Positions 21,968-34,408 of a stretch of DNA of 64,000 nucleotides are shown here, in pieces. Both the position numbers and the translations under genes were made by a program. How positions within the stretch are numbered: position 1 is the first letter of the stretch; the number at the start of each line of letters is the position of its first letter. This stretch comes from Squalus acanthias (lineage: Eukaryota). Location: positions 13,330,001 to 13,394,000 of the forward strand of contig CM059432.1 of assembly GCA_030390025.1 (NCBI GenBank), written 5' to 3'. The notes under the pieces are model-generated. The model ran no database searches. It was not told the origin of the DNA and saw only the letters and a program-made list of their open reading frames with translations.

Positions 21968-23056
21968 CAGCCCAGACTCAGTTGGTAGTGCTCTCACCTC
22001 TAGGCCAAAATGTTGTGGGTTTAAGCCCCACTTCAGAGACTTAAGCGCATAATCTAGGTTACACTTCAATGCAGTATTAAGGGAGTGTTTTTCTTCTTCT
22101 TCGGCAGTTCCTCGGAACCGAGGATGACTTGCTTCCACACTAAAAATGAGTTCTCAGGTGACTGATGAGTCCAATGCGGGACCTACAGTCTCTGTCACAG
22201 GTGGGGCTGACGGTGGGTGGGGTGCTTGGGTTGACGTGCGCTCCTTCCACTGTTTGCGCTTGGCTTCCGCTTGCTCCAGGCAAAGAGACTCGAGGTGTTC
22301 GGCGCCTTCCCGGATGCTTCTCCTCCACTTTGTGAGGTCTTGGGCCAGGGATTCCCAGGTGTCGGTGGGGATGTTGCACTTTTTCAAGGAGGCTTTGAGG
22401 GTGTCCTTGAAGCGTTTCCTCTGCCCACCCGGGGCTCTCTTGCCATGTCGGAGCTCCGAGTAGAGCGCTTGTTTTGGGAGTCTCGTAGCGGGCATGCGGA
22501 CGATGTGGTCCGTCCATCGGAGCTGATCGAGTGTGGTCAAAGCTTCGATGCTGGGGATGTTGGCCTGAGCGAGAACACTGACGTTGGTGCGCCTATCCTG
22601 CCAATGGATTTGCAGGATCTTGTGGAGGCAGCGTTGGTGGTACCTCTCCAGTGCTTTGAGGTGCCTGCTGTACATGGTCCATGTCTCTGAAGCATACAGG
22701 AGGGTGGGTATCACTGCTGCTCTGTAGACCATGAGCTTGGTGCTCATGGAGTATTAAGGGAGTGCTGCACTGTCGGAGGTGTCATCTTTTGGGTGAGATG
22801 ATAAACCAAGGCCTCTGCCCTTTCAGGTGGGAGCGAGTGGCACGATTCAAAGAAGAGCAGGGGAATTTTCCCAGTGTCCTGGACAATTATCCCACAACCA
22901 ACACCTAAAAACAGATGCTGTTTTTGGAAAAATTGGCTGCTGCTTTTCCTACAGTACAACAGTGACTGCACTTCAAAAGTTCTTCATGGGTTGTAAAGGC
23001 TTTTGGGACGTCCTGAGATCATTTAAAGCGCTATATAAATGCAAGTTCTTTCTTTC
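21968..23056 (+). mobile_element. Deu-domain SINE split by an RTE insertion
   Basis: tRNA-like head CTCAGTTGGTAGTGCTCTC. The body resumes at 22750 and ends GCGCTATATAAATGCAAGTTC. Confidence 0.8.
22088..22749 (-). mobile_element. RTE-clade LINE, 5'-truncated
   Basis: ORF TKLMVYRAAVIPTLLYASETW...RKRFKDTLKASLK; 15-bp TSD AGTATTAAGGGAGTG (22073-22087 / 22750-22764). Confidence 0.92.
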
Positions 23057-23289
23057 ATTGTCCTTCCTTTTGCTTTTGGTTTTCAGTTTCTCATTCCTTT
23101 GGTGTTGGACAGTGCAGATGAAGTATCAACAGAACAAGCTCCTGCCCCCACAAGTAATGGTAGATTGAAGAGCGAGAGGCAGGAAATAATAAGGAGGAAG
23201 GTAACGCCAAAGATAAAGTGGATTAAGATGCAGAACTTGACTATGGGCGGATCTTCTTCCAGAGTTTGTTCATCTGGTGCTGAATTAAA

Positions 23290-23383
23290 AATAGCCTTTT
23301 GCCACAGGCTTTGCCAACTTACAGCCATGACTTGAAAAGAGGACCGTCCCCCTCTCCTCCACTTCTTGCACCAAGGCCTTATC
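23290..23383 (-). pseudogene. Ancient Harbinger Myb/SANT remnant
   Basis: DKALVQEVEERGTVLFSSHGCK aligns with LMEGVTARREVLFPSHGQK (~46730) and ALVGAVERRRCILFPESGR (~36720). Confidence 0.5.
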
Positions 23384-23389
23384 ATTCAA

Positions 23390-24186
23390 ACATGGTGTCA
23401 AAAACAGAAAGGCAGACTATTATCTGAATGGCAATAGATTGGGAGAAGGGGAAGTGCAACGAGACCTGGGTGTCCTTGTGCACCAGTCGCTGAAAGTAAG
23501 CATGCAGGTGCAGCAGGCGGTGAAGAAGGCAAATGGTATGTTGGCCTTCATAGCGAAAGGGTTTGAGTATAGGAACAGGGATGTCCTGCTGCAGTTGTAC
23601 AGGGCCTTGGTGAGACCACACCTTGAGTACTGTGTGCAGTTTTGGTCGCCTTATCTGAGGAAGGATGTTCTTGCCATGGAAGGAGTTCAGCGAAGATTCA
23701 CAAGGCTGATACCTGGGATGGCAGGAATGACATATGAGGAAAGATTGGGTCGATTGGGCTTATACTCACTGGAGTATAGAAGAATGAGAGGGGATCTCAT
23801 CGAAACATATAAAATTCTGACAGGTCTGGACAAACTAGATGCAGGAAGAATGTTCCCGATGGTCGGAGAGTCCAGAACCAGGGGTCATAATCTACGGATA
23901 ACGGGTAAACCATTTAGGACAGAAATGAGGAAGAATTTCTTCACCCAGAGAGTGGTGAACCTGTGGAATTCTCTACCACAGAAGGTAGTTGAGGCGAAGT
24001 CATTAAATATATTCAAGGATGAGTTAGATATATTTCTTAAAGCTAAAGGTATCAAGGGATATGGGGAGAAGGCAGGTACAGGGTACTGAGTTTAGATGAT
24101 CAGCCATGATCTCATCGAATGGCGGAGCAGGCTCGAGGGGCCGAATGGCCTACTCCTGCTCCTATCTTCTATGTTTCTATGTTTCT
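23390..24186 (+). mobile_element. Young CR1 LINE, 5'-truncated
   Basis: Uninterrupted 216-aa ORF2 C-terminus, nearly identical to 4884-5654; TSD ATTCAA (23384-23389 / 24187-24192). Confidence 0.93.
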
Positions 24187-25007
24187 ATTCAATATTCCCG
24201 TGGTACGCAAAGCACCAACACGCTGTCATATCAGGAATAACTGTAGCCTCAGCCCTTGCAAACACCGCATTAGCATTTTTCACAAGTACCAAATCTGAGG
24301 GGGAATGGTGTTGTCTTCCCCTGCTCCTGCCTAATTCTTCATAACAGCAACATAGTTATTATATACCATCCTTCCCACACCTCTACCAAGGTCCTGAGCA
24401 ATGATGTGTAAGCCCATTGCTGCTTCTACTGCAAATGCTGCCAGGCATTCCAAGCTACACCAGCCACACAACACATAGCAGCAAAGGCAAATAGAGAACA
24501 AACAATTAGGAAGGATTGCAGACTTACAGTGTAAAATATATACAATCCAAAGGCGGCCAGGCCACTGAACGCAATGTAAAAGGTCAGTCCCCAAAGGAAA
24601 GTTGAAGGTGAATTAAAACACACAATTCCCTCCCACCTTCAGCAGACTTCAACGCCTTTAGGACCTGCAGCAGGACTTCTTCTATGGAGTGAGCATCAGC
24701 CCAGTGGCAGGCTACCATGCTCGCCTGCCGCATGCCCATTCTGTGCTAATTACCTCAACCTTCAAAGAAGGACAGGTCGACCTACTGCTGGGCAGAGCAT
24801 ACTTGTGCTGTTCTACCTTTGTGCTCAATTCTTTCAATTTCTGACTGATCAAAAGAAATTTAAATATGTGTCTCTTCAACTTAGATAGAGTTGTCCATCA
24901 AACAAACAAATAAATAAACAAAACCCACAAGATGTTTGTATTTGAATTGAATGGCTTGGCTTCTCCCTCAGATCATAAAAGACATTGGCTCTGAAAATCC
25001 ACAAGCC

Positions 25008-25678
25008 TATAGAATCATAGAATGGTTACAGCACGGAAGAAGGCCATTCGGCCCGTCGAGCCCGTGCTGTATCTCTACAAGAGCACTTCAGCTAGTCCCA
25101 CTCCCCCGCCCTTTCCCCGTAGCCCTGTAAATTTATTTCCTTCAGATACTTATCCAACTCCCTTTTGAAAGCCGTGATTGAATCTGCCTCCACCACCCTT
25201 TCAGGCAGTGCATTCCAGATCATAAACACTTGCTGCGTAAAAAAGTTTTTACTTACGTCACCTTTGGTTCTTTTGCCAATCACATTAAATCTGTGTCCTC
25301 TGGTTCTTGACCCTTCTGCCAATGGGAACAGTTTCTCTCTATCTACTCTGTCCAGACCCCTCATGATTTTGAACACCCCTATCAAATCTCCTCTCAATCT
25401 TCTCTGCTTCAAGGAGAACAACCCCAGTTTCTCCAGTCTATCAACGTAACTGAAGTTCCTCCATTCCTGGAATCATTCTCATAAATCTTTTCTGCACCCT
25501 CTCTAAGGCTTTCACATCCTTCCTAAAGTGCAGTGCCCAGAATTGAACATAGTACGCCAGTTGGGGCCGAACCAGTGTTTTATACAGGTTCATCATAACT
25601 TCCACACTTTTGTACTCTATACCTCTATTTATGAAGCCCAGGATCCCGTAAGCCTTTTTAACTGCTTTCTCAACCTGC
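25008..25678 (-). mobile_element. CR1 LINE 3' fragment
   Basis: FSLKQRRLRGDLIGVFKIMRG...IWNALP; ATAGAATC tail repeats. Confidence 0.85.
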
Positions 25679-26344
25679 GCCTATGAAGACACTCCTACTA
25701 TAAGTCAATTTCCACAGAGCTTGTTTGACAGATCCTTCGTCTGTCCCAAACATGATGCCCTACTTCAGATGGTGCAAGACCAAGAGTAGGAACTCTGATG
25801 CCAGACGTTTTCACCGCCCCTGCCTGGGATCCACTTGGGATCCCTGGTGAAAGTAGGTTTACTGGCCTTCCAGCAAGCAGAATTAGACCCACCTAGGGAT
25901 CTAGGCCTAGGTCTCAGATTGGTCACTCGAAGACAAAAGCAGGAAGATGTTGGAAATTAGCCCCTTTACAAGGGAGGTGATGCTGCTGGGGCTGACGCTG
26001 CGGGTGTAAGATGATGGTCTTTACTGCTTCTCTTTGCACACACCCTGCCCCCAGCCCATGAGAGGCACCTGAGATATGTCCATAGTAGAATCAGCCCTCA
26101 CCAAGATTATTTAAGTTAGGCAATCTCCCCCAGAGCCCAGATACTGCAGCAGGGTGAACAGCAAGATTCCTGGTGGGTGGATATTGGCACAGCCATCATG
26201 ATCAGCGGTCCGTGGATTTTCAAGGCCATCAGGAAGACTTGGGCTGATTAGCACAATGGGCAGACAGGAGACAGGTTCAATTTAAAGTGGAGAAGTGTGA
26301 GGTAATGTCAGAAAGAAAAGGAATGAGTTGTGAGACTCGATGAA

Positions 26345-26781
26345 TGAAAGAAAGAACATGGATTTATATAGCGCCTTTCACAACCTCAGGATGTCCCAAA
26401 GCGCTTTCCAGCCAATAAAGTGCTTTTGAAGAGTAGTCACTGTTGTAATGTAGGAAACACAGCAAGCTCCCACAAACAGCAATGCGATACTGAGCAGCTA
26501 ATCTGTTTTTAGTGGTGTTGATTGAGTGATAAATATTGGTCAGGACACCAGGGATAACTCCCCTGCTCTTCTTCAAAATAGTGCCACAGGATCTTTTACA
26601 CCCACCTGAGAGCGCAGACAGTGCCTCGGTTTAACACGAACATCTCCCCTGAAAGACGCACCGCACTCCCTCAGTACTGCACCGGAGTGTCAGCCTGCAA
26701 TTTTGTGCTCAAGTTCCTGGAGTGGGACTGTGAACCCACAACCTCCTGACCCAGAAGCGAGTGTGCTACCCACTGAGCCAT
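26345..26781 (-). mobile_element. Deu-domain SINE, near full length
   Basis: Minus strand TGGCTCAGTGGGTAGCAC head, Deu core and GGCGCTATATAAAT tail. Confidence 0.85.
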
Positions 26782-28081
26782 TAATAAAATTGCTTTTTCA
26801 CACAGTGAATAAAGAAGGAAAAGAAATTGGAAAAAGAACCGAGTGAGATTGTGAATTTTTTTTTAATAGTCTAAAATTTTTTGTATTGCTATCTTTTTTA
26901 TAAATAACAAAAACAGGCGACTGTCAGCCCTCACTATAATGAAAATCATTCAATCAAATAATAGAGAAAAGGCCTATTAAACTGCTGCAAAAGTAAATTT
27001 GATCACATCTGTTTGCACCATAATTACAGAACTTTGTGCATTTTGCTCTGTATTGTGGTGCATTAAAATTACTTTTACTGAGTTCTTTTGTAAATTATAT
27101 ATTTCGAGTGCATTCATTTACAATAATGTGGCTTTGTTTCAGAATACTCGCATGCTTGTTCTTTGCCAGTTGCATTTCGCTGATCATATATTTTTCCAAC
27201 CATGTGGCTTCTTTTTTTAATCAACCATTTCCTGACTGCAACCTAAAATGTTCAGTTAGACAGAAAGCGTTCAACATTGCAATGCAACTCAAGTTGTAGC
27301 AGATGCAGTGTGCATCATAATTACTCAAAGCTGCAAATTAAGCAGTCAATTTTTGTGAAGTCAGCCATGTCATTGCCAGTCTCAACTGAACATGAGGTGT
27401 CCCACTATAAAGAATAAGCCTCACTTAAAAATAAACCGGAGATTCCCAGGAAATGCTTTGAGTAATAGTCATGCTCTGTACAGAAACAGGACAACAAAGG
27501 GAAGTCGATAAAACAAGACTTTGTTCATGGAAGTGTCAACATGAAAGATCTCATTCGACTCTCAAAGCTGTGACATTCACACAATGTGCTTTCCAGTGAG
27601 GCTCAGTCCACAGCAGATCCTGAGCTGATTTTTACCCTTGCCTACGTCTGTGGAGCTGAGACGAGTTGCAGTTTCCCCGCTGCTACCCTGCCTGAGGACC
27701 GTTAGCTCAGCACCGACTGGGCATGAAACCTTCAACCTTCTGATCTGTATGACTTACTAACAAACCATCTTGTGTATTTATCCCCTAAAGCCATTGGACG
27801 CGGCATGTGGTTAGATCTAAAACTGCACGCAATCGAGATCATCAATGGAAGTATCATTCCCTCTCCCAAAAAGAAAGCCTCTGCCGGGCAAAAATATTTC
27901 AGTATTTAGTTAGGGGAGACAACATGTGATCTGACTCTTCAGATTCTGGTAAATGACACGCTTTTTATATAATGGAAAATGATGTCTTTTTCAGGAACTA
28001 AGATGAACAATTTGGGGTAAAGCTTCCATTCCCAGTGCACATATCTGGAAACACATACAGTATCACAAAATATCACACCAC

Positions 28082-28231
28082 CAATGTTCCCTTTAACCTG
28101 CGCAGGCGCTCCTGGGAACCCGCGAAGCCGATTGCTGTCTCTTCAATGCAAAACAACGCATGCGCGGTAATTTGAATGGCCCGCACGACCCCTTAAAGGG
28201 GCTGCGCGAAACAAAATTACAGGGAACTTTG
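28082..28231. mobile_element. hAT-type MITE (150 bp)
   Basis: TIR CAATGTTCCCTTTAA / TTACAGGGAACTTTG; 8-bp TSD CACA(C/G)CAC (28074-28081 / 28232-28239). Confidence 0.75.
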
Positions 28232-28394
28232 CACAGCACCAGCCCATGATTTTCCATTCATTACATTTAATAGAAAATTATGGACAGAGATTGCACAATT
28301 TCACCATATGCACTTCCAGTTCGTACTGAGAGCACGGAAGTGAATTTTTTTTTTTACCACAGAGCTAGTAGGAGAGATGAATGGAGCAAGTAAG

Positions 28395-28720
28395 GAACCT
28401 ATAATTACATGTTGGTACGAATGATATAACGGATGCAAGCAATTACTGGAGAATGGTAAGCAAATTTAAGAATAAAGGAGCTAAGTTATTGATCTCTGCA
28501 TTGGTCATTAGGGGTTCTTCGGAAAGGAACAGCAGAATCATTTGTTTTAACGGGTTGATTCAAGATTTAAAGTAAAAAAGAAAAACTTGTGTTTGTAGAC
28601 AACTACATAATAGTTTCTGGAGAGGGTACGTTTTTGGGCGGGGTGGGGTACATTTGAATAAGTTAAGGGATAAAAGATTAGTTTAAAATTTCGAATGTTC
28701 CTTTGGGACGGATTTAAACC
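28395..28720 (+). pseudogene. Decayed LINE ORF1 SGNH-esterase remnant
   Basis: TTACATGTTGGTACGAATGATATA = LHVGTNDI and GGTGGGGTACATTTGAAT = GGVHLN, equivalent to HIGTNDI / DGLHLN in the CR1 ORF1 at 60300-60580. Confidence 0.6.
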
Positions 28721-29306
28721 AGTTGTGAGCTGGGTTACCGTAGCTCATGGTGTGTGAAGTTCCACTGGGAATAAGGAAGGAAGGACAGCTGACAGTAATA
28801 ACGATTTCATCTATTTCAACTCCCGGGATCAAGGTAGGATAAGTCTGTTTCCGTAAGCCTATCTGTGAAGCACCTTAGGATGTTTCTTCACATTATAGAC
28901 ACTATATAAGTACAAGATGTTGCTATATGTTGAACCATATTTTGAAATTTGCAGATGACACAAAACTTGGAAGTGTAGTAAACAATGAGGAAGATAGTAA
29001 TAAACTTCAAGAGGATATAGACGGGCTGGTGGAATGGGTGGACACATGGCAGATGAAATTTAACGCAAAAAAGTGTGAGGTGATACATTTTGGTAGGTAG
29101 AACGAGGAGAGACAATACGCACTAAACAGTACAATTTTAAAGGGGGTGCAAGAACAGAGAGACCTGGGGGTGTTTGTGCACAAATCTTGGAAGGTGCCAG
29201 GACAGGTTAACAAAGCAGTTAATAAAGCATATGGGATCCTGAGCTTTATAAATAGAAATGAGAAGTCGCACAACACCAGGTTATAGTCCAACAGTTTTAT
29301 TTGAAA

Positions 29307-29348
29307 TCACAAGCTTTCGGAGCTATCGATCGCCCCTTCCTCAGGTGA
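29307..29348 (-). ncRNA. Minimal type-I hammerhead ribozyme, intact core
   Basis: Minus strand UCAC-CUGAGGA-A-GGGGC-GAUCGAUA-GCUCC-GAAA-GC-UU-GUGA: stem I UCAC/GUGA, stem II GGGGC/GCUCC, palindromic AAGCUU in place of stem III. Confidence 0.8.
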
Positions 29349-29641
29349 AGTAAAGAGATACAGAATCGCCAAAGCATATATAGATAGAGAACAATGCATG
29401 TGTTACTTACAAAAGCAGACGACTACATTTAAATCACTCTGACTGTTTATCTGCCGAGGTGTGACAAAAGGCAATCAGGTCACATCAAAGACATAGCAAG
29501 ATACAACTGAGACAATGAGGTGGAGCCACAGGGGGTCCAATGTGTCAAAAGCCGCAGTATGGGAAACGATAAACTTTAAAATTTTTACTTTTTTACTGGG
29601 AATCACATCTGTTAACAAGCCAACGACGACTCGAGTCTGGA

Positions 29642-31290
29642 TCACGTCATGTATCGTGACATAAACCCAAGATCCCGGTTGAGGCCGTCCTCATGAGTGC
29701 GGCACTTGGCTATCAGTTTCTGCTTGATGATTTTGCGTTGTCGTGTGTTTCTAAGTCCGCCTTGGAGAACGCTTACCCGCAGATCCGAGGCTGAATGTCC
29801 TTGACTGCTGAAGTGTTCCCTGACTGGGAGGGAACACTCCTGCCTGGTGATTGTTGCGCGGTGTCCGTTCATACGTTGTCTCAGTGTCTGCATGGTCTCG
29901 CCGATGTACCATGCCGCGGTGCATTCTTTCCTGCAACGTATGAGGTAGACAACGTTGGCCGAGTCACATGAGTATGTACCATGTACCTGGTGGGTAGTGT
30001 CCTCACGTGTGATGATGGTATCTGTGTTGATGATCTGGCATGTCTTGCAGAGGTTGCCGTGGCAGGGTTGTGTGGTGTCGTGGTCGCTGTTATCCTGAAA
30101 GCTGGGTAATTTGCTGCGAACGATGGTACTTCTGAGGTTAGGCGGCTGTTTGAAGGCAAGTAGTGGAGGCGTGGGGATGGCCTTAGCGAGGTGTTCGTCG
30201 TCATCGATGACATGTTGGAGGCTGCGAAGAACATGGCGTAGTTTCTCCGCTCCGGGGAAGTACTGGACGACGTAGGGTACCCTGTTGGTTGTGTCCCGTG
30301 TTTGCCTTCTGAGGAGGTCTATGCGATTTTTCGCTGTGGCCCGTCGGAACTGTCGATCGATGAGTCGAGCGTCATATCCCGTTCTTACGAGGGCGTTTTT
30401 CAGCGTCCGTAGGTGTCCATCGCGTTCCTCCTCGTCTGAGCAGATCCTGTGTATTCGCAGGGCTTGTCCATAGGGGATGGCTTTTTTAACGTGGTTAGGG
30501 TGGAAGCTGGAGAAGTGGAGCATCGTGAGGTTGTCCGTGGGCTTGCGGTAGAGTGAAGTGCTGAGGTGTCCGTCTTTGATGGAGATTCGTGTGTCCAGGA
30601 ATGAAACCGATTCTGAGGAGTAGTCCATGGTGAGTTTGATGGTGGGATGGAACTTGTTTATGTTATTGTGTAGTCTTTTCAGTGATCCTTCACCATGGGT
30701 CCAAAGGAAGAAAATGTCGTCGATGTATCTGGTGTACAGCGTTGGCTGGAGGTCCTGTGCAGCGAAGAAGTCTTGCTCGAACTTGTGCATGAAGATGTTG
30801 GCGTATTGGGGTGCGAATTTGGTCCCCATGGCTGTTCCATGTGTTTGGGTAAAAAAATGGTTGTCGAAGGTGAAGACATTGTGGTCAAGGATGAAGCGGA
30901 TGAGTTGTAGGATGGCGTCTGGGGATTGGCTGTTGTTGGTGTTGAGTACTGAGGCTGTCGCAGCGATGCCGTCATCGTGGGGGATACTGGTGTAGAGTGC
31001 CGATACGTCCATCATGGCGAGGAGTGTTCCTGGTTCAACTGGTCCGTGGGTGCTGAGTTTCTGTAAGAAGTCTGTGGTGTCACGGCAGAAGCTGGGGGTT
31101 CCCTGTACGATGGGTTTCAGGATGCCCTCGACGTATCCAGAGAGGTTCTCACACAGGGTTCCGTTGCCTGATACGATAGGACGTCCGGGTGTGTTGGCTT
31201 TGTGTATCTTTGGGAGGCAGTAGAAGTCTCCCACGCGGGGAGTACGTGGGATGAGAGCGCGTAGGATGCTTTGAAGGTCTGGATCGAAGA
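29642..31290 (-). CDS. Penelope RT / GIY-YIG endonuclease polyprotein (N-terminally truncated, no internal stops)
   Basis: FYCLPKIHK, PGRPIVS, MDVSALYTSIP, GTAMGTKFAPQYANIFM, RYIDDIF, VSFLD, then NVVYLIRC...WYIGETMQTLRQRMNGHR. Confidence 0.9.
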
Positions 31291-33245
31291 TTTATAAATA
31301 GAGGCATAGAGTACAAAAGCAAGGAAAGTATGCTAAACCTTTATAAAACACTAGTTCGGCCCCAGCTGGAGTATTGTGTCCAATTCTGGGAACCACACTT
31401 TAGAAAGGATGTGAAGGCTTTGGAGAGGGTACAGAAGAGATTTACTAGAATGGTTCCAGGGATGAGGGATTACAGTACATGGATAGACTGGAGAAGCTGG
31501 GGTTGTTCTCCTTAGAGCAGAGAAGGCTAAGAGGAGATTTGATAGAGGTGTTTAAAATCATGAAGGGTTTAGATAGAGTAAATAAAGAGAAACTGTTTCC
31601 AATGGCTAAAGGATCGATAACCAGAGGGCACAGATTTAAGTTGATTGGCAAAAGAACCAGAGGCGACATTAGGAAAAACTTTTTTATGCAACAAGTGGTT
31701 AGAATTTGGAGTGCACTGCCTGATAGGATGGTGGAGGCAGATTCAATATGCCCTTCAAAAGGGAAGTGGATAAATACTTAAAGGAGAATAAATTGCAGGG
31801 ATATGGGGAAGTGGGACTAACTGGATTGCTCTTCGAAAGAACCGGCGCAGACTCAGTGGGCCGAATGGACTCCTTCTGTGCTGTACTATTCCATGATTCC
31901 ATTGTAAGGCATGCACAGAATTTCTTGCAATGGTTTTATGCTAAAGCTAGATGTATAAGAAATAAAATGCAGATATATGTTTCCATAGAGAATTTAGATC
32001 CAATTGGCATCTCTGAAACCTGGTTGAATAATAATGATGGGAAATATTTCCACTGGAGCGGAGAAAGCAAAGAGGAGGCTTAACAAAGCTTTTTAAAATT
32101 ATTAAGGGTTTTGATGGAATGAATGGGAGAAGACTATTTCCTTTGGCTGGGTACTCAGTGACAAGGGGTCAACCATTAAACATGTTCACTAAGAGAGTGA
32201 GGAAAGAGAGTAAGCATTTGTTTTAGACAGAGTTGTTGGAGCATGGAATGCTTTGCCACAGGAAGTGGTTGATGTAGAGATTACAGCAGAGCGGAGATCA
32301 TTCAGAATCATAACTACCCCCAAATAAATAGGCAGGAAACATCGGAAACATAGGAACATTCAGCCCCTAGAACCTGCTCCACCATTCAATTAGATCATGG
32401 CTGATCTGTATCTTAACTCCATCTACCTGCTTTTGATCCATAGCCCTTGATACCCTTGCCTAAAAAAAAAACCATTGATCTCATTCTTGAAACTTTCAAT
32501 TGACCCAGCATCCCTCAGCCTTTTGGGAAGAGAGTTCCAGATGTTCACTACTCTTTGTGTGAAAAAGTGCTTCCTGATTTCACTCCTACATGGCTTAGAT
32601 CTAATACTGAATGCAGAATGATGGGGTCTGACCAAGGCTGTACAACTGAAGCAATACTTCGTCTCTTTTCAATTCCAACCCCCTTGACAGAAGGGTCAAC
32701 ATTCCATTAGCCTTTTTGATTACCTTTTTTACCTGTGCACCGGCTTTTAGGGATTTGTGTACATGGACACCTAAATTCCTTTGCTCCTTCACAGGTTGTG
32801 GTTATTGGAGGTCAATCATCTCAGCCCCAGGACATCACTGCAGAAGTTCCTCAGGGCCGTGTCCTAGGCCCAACTATCTTCAGCTGCATCATCAATGACC
32901 TTCCTTCCATCATAAGGTCAGAAATTGGGACGTTCGCTGATGACTGCACAGTGTTCAGTTCCATTCGCAACTCCTCAGAAAATGAAGCAGTCCATGCCCG
33001 CATGCAACAAGACCTGGACGAAATTCAGGCTTGGGCTGCTAAGTGGCAGGTAACATTGGCGCCACACAACTGCCAGGCAATGACTATTTCCAACAAGCGA
33101 GAGTCTAACCACCGCCCCTTGACATTCAAAAGCATTACCTTCACCAAATCCCCCAACATCAATATCCTGGGGGTCACCATTGACCAGAAACTTAACTGGA
33201 CCAGCCACATAAATACTGTGGCAAAAAGAGCGGGTAAGGGTCTGG

Positions 33246-33935
33246 GGGGGAAAAATTCAGTTGCTTTGCGCCTCCCGTAGCGCCACCAAAGCCTCCCGCG
33301 AAATTCAGCGGGAGGTTAGCGGTGGCAGTAATAGTTAGCGACGTTGCGTCGCCGGCGATGACATCATCGCCGTGCGCAGCGCCCCGCTCGCGCCCCGGGC
33401 ACGATCTTCGGTAGTGCCCCCTGACTTACCGCCGGATGCTATGTCCGACGGGGTCAGGGGGGACATACCTGCGGCCGGGGCGGCGCTAATTAAAGGCAAG
33501 GTGCCGGACGGCCATTTTTGTTGCTGGCCGCCTGCCAGCACCTGCCTCCTCTGCCGTCCCCGGCCTCCTGACCCGCCCCCCCTCCCCCCACGGAGTGCCG
33601 GCTGCGCTCCATTAGCCCAGCACTTCTCTTGAATGCCGGGCTCTTTTGCCGGCACTCCGATCCCTGGTGGCCCATCTGGGCCCCGGGTCACGCTGCGCAA
33701 GGCCCCTCCCCTTTAAGAAGGGGAGGAAGGCCTGCAGTACCGCGGCACATAGCGCCGCGATATTCCCTCGCAGTGCCCCAAGAGGGAGGTGTGGCGCTTC
33801 CAGTAGTGCCCTGCTTCCCTCTTGGGGCGCTACCACTCAATTTCAGCTGCAGGGGCACTAAATTTTTCGGGGCACTAAAAGTAGCGCCCCGGCGAAGTTA
33901 GTGCCCCAAAGGGGGCGCGAACTAATTTTTGCCCC
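33246..33935. mobile_element. GC-rich Harbinger MITE (690 bp)
   Basis: TIR GGGGGAAAAATT / AATTTTTGCCCC, TSD TGG. Removing it restores the LINE sequence CTGGGTATTCTG. Confidence 0.9.
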
Positions 33936-34408
33936 TGGGTATTCTGCAGCGAGTGTCTCACCTCCTGACTCCCCAAAGCCTTTCCACCATCTACAAGGCA
34001 CAAGTAAGGAGTGTGATGGAATACTCTCCACTTGCTTGGATGAGTGCAGCTCCAACAACACTCAAGAAGCTCGACACCATCCAGGACTAAGCAGCTTGAT
34101 TGGCACCACATCCACCACCTTAAACATTCACTCCCTCCACCACCGGCGTACCATCTACAAGATGCACTGCAGCAACTCACCAAGGCTTCTTCAGCAGCAC
34201 CTTCCAACCGGCGACGTCTTCCACCTAGAAGGACAAGGGCAGCAGGCGCATGGGAACACCACCACCTGCAGGTTCCCCTCCAAGTCACACACTATCCTGA
34301 CTTAGAAGTATATCGCTGATCCTTCATCATCGCTGGGTCAAAATCTTGGAACTCCCTCCCTAACAGCACTGTGGGAGTACCTTCACCACATGGACTGCAG
34401 CGGTTCAA

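Larger units (their letters stand above)
29257..31290 (-). mobile_element. Penelope-like retroelement, 5'-truncated
   Basis: RT + GIY-YIG ORF, 3' hammerhead and AATAAA; 12-bp TSD TTTATAAATAGA (29245-29256 / 31291-31302). Confidence 0.93.
28935..31900 (+). mobile_element. CR1 LINE 3' portion split by the Penelope insertion
   Basis: KFADDTKL at ~28945. After 31291 it continues YKSKESMLNLYKTLVRPQLEYC to the tail. Confidence 0.85.
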
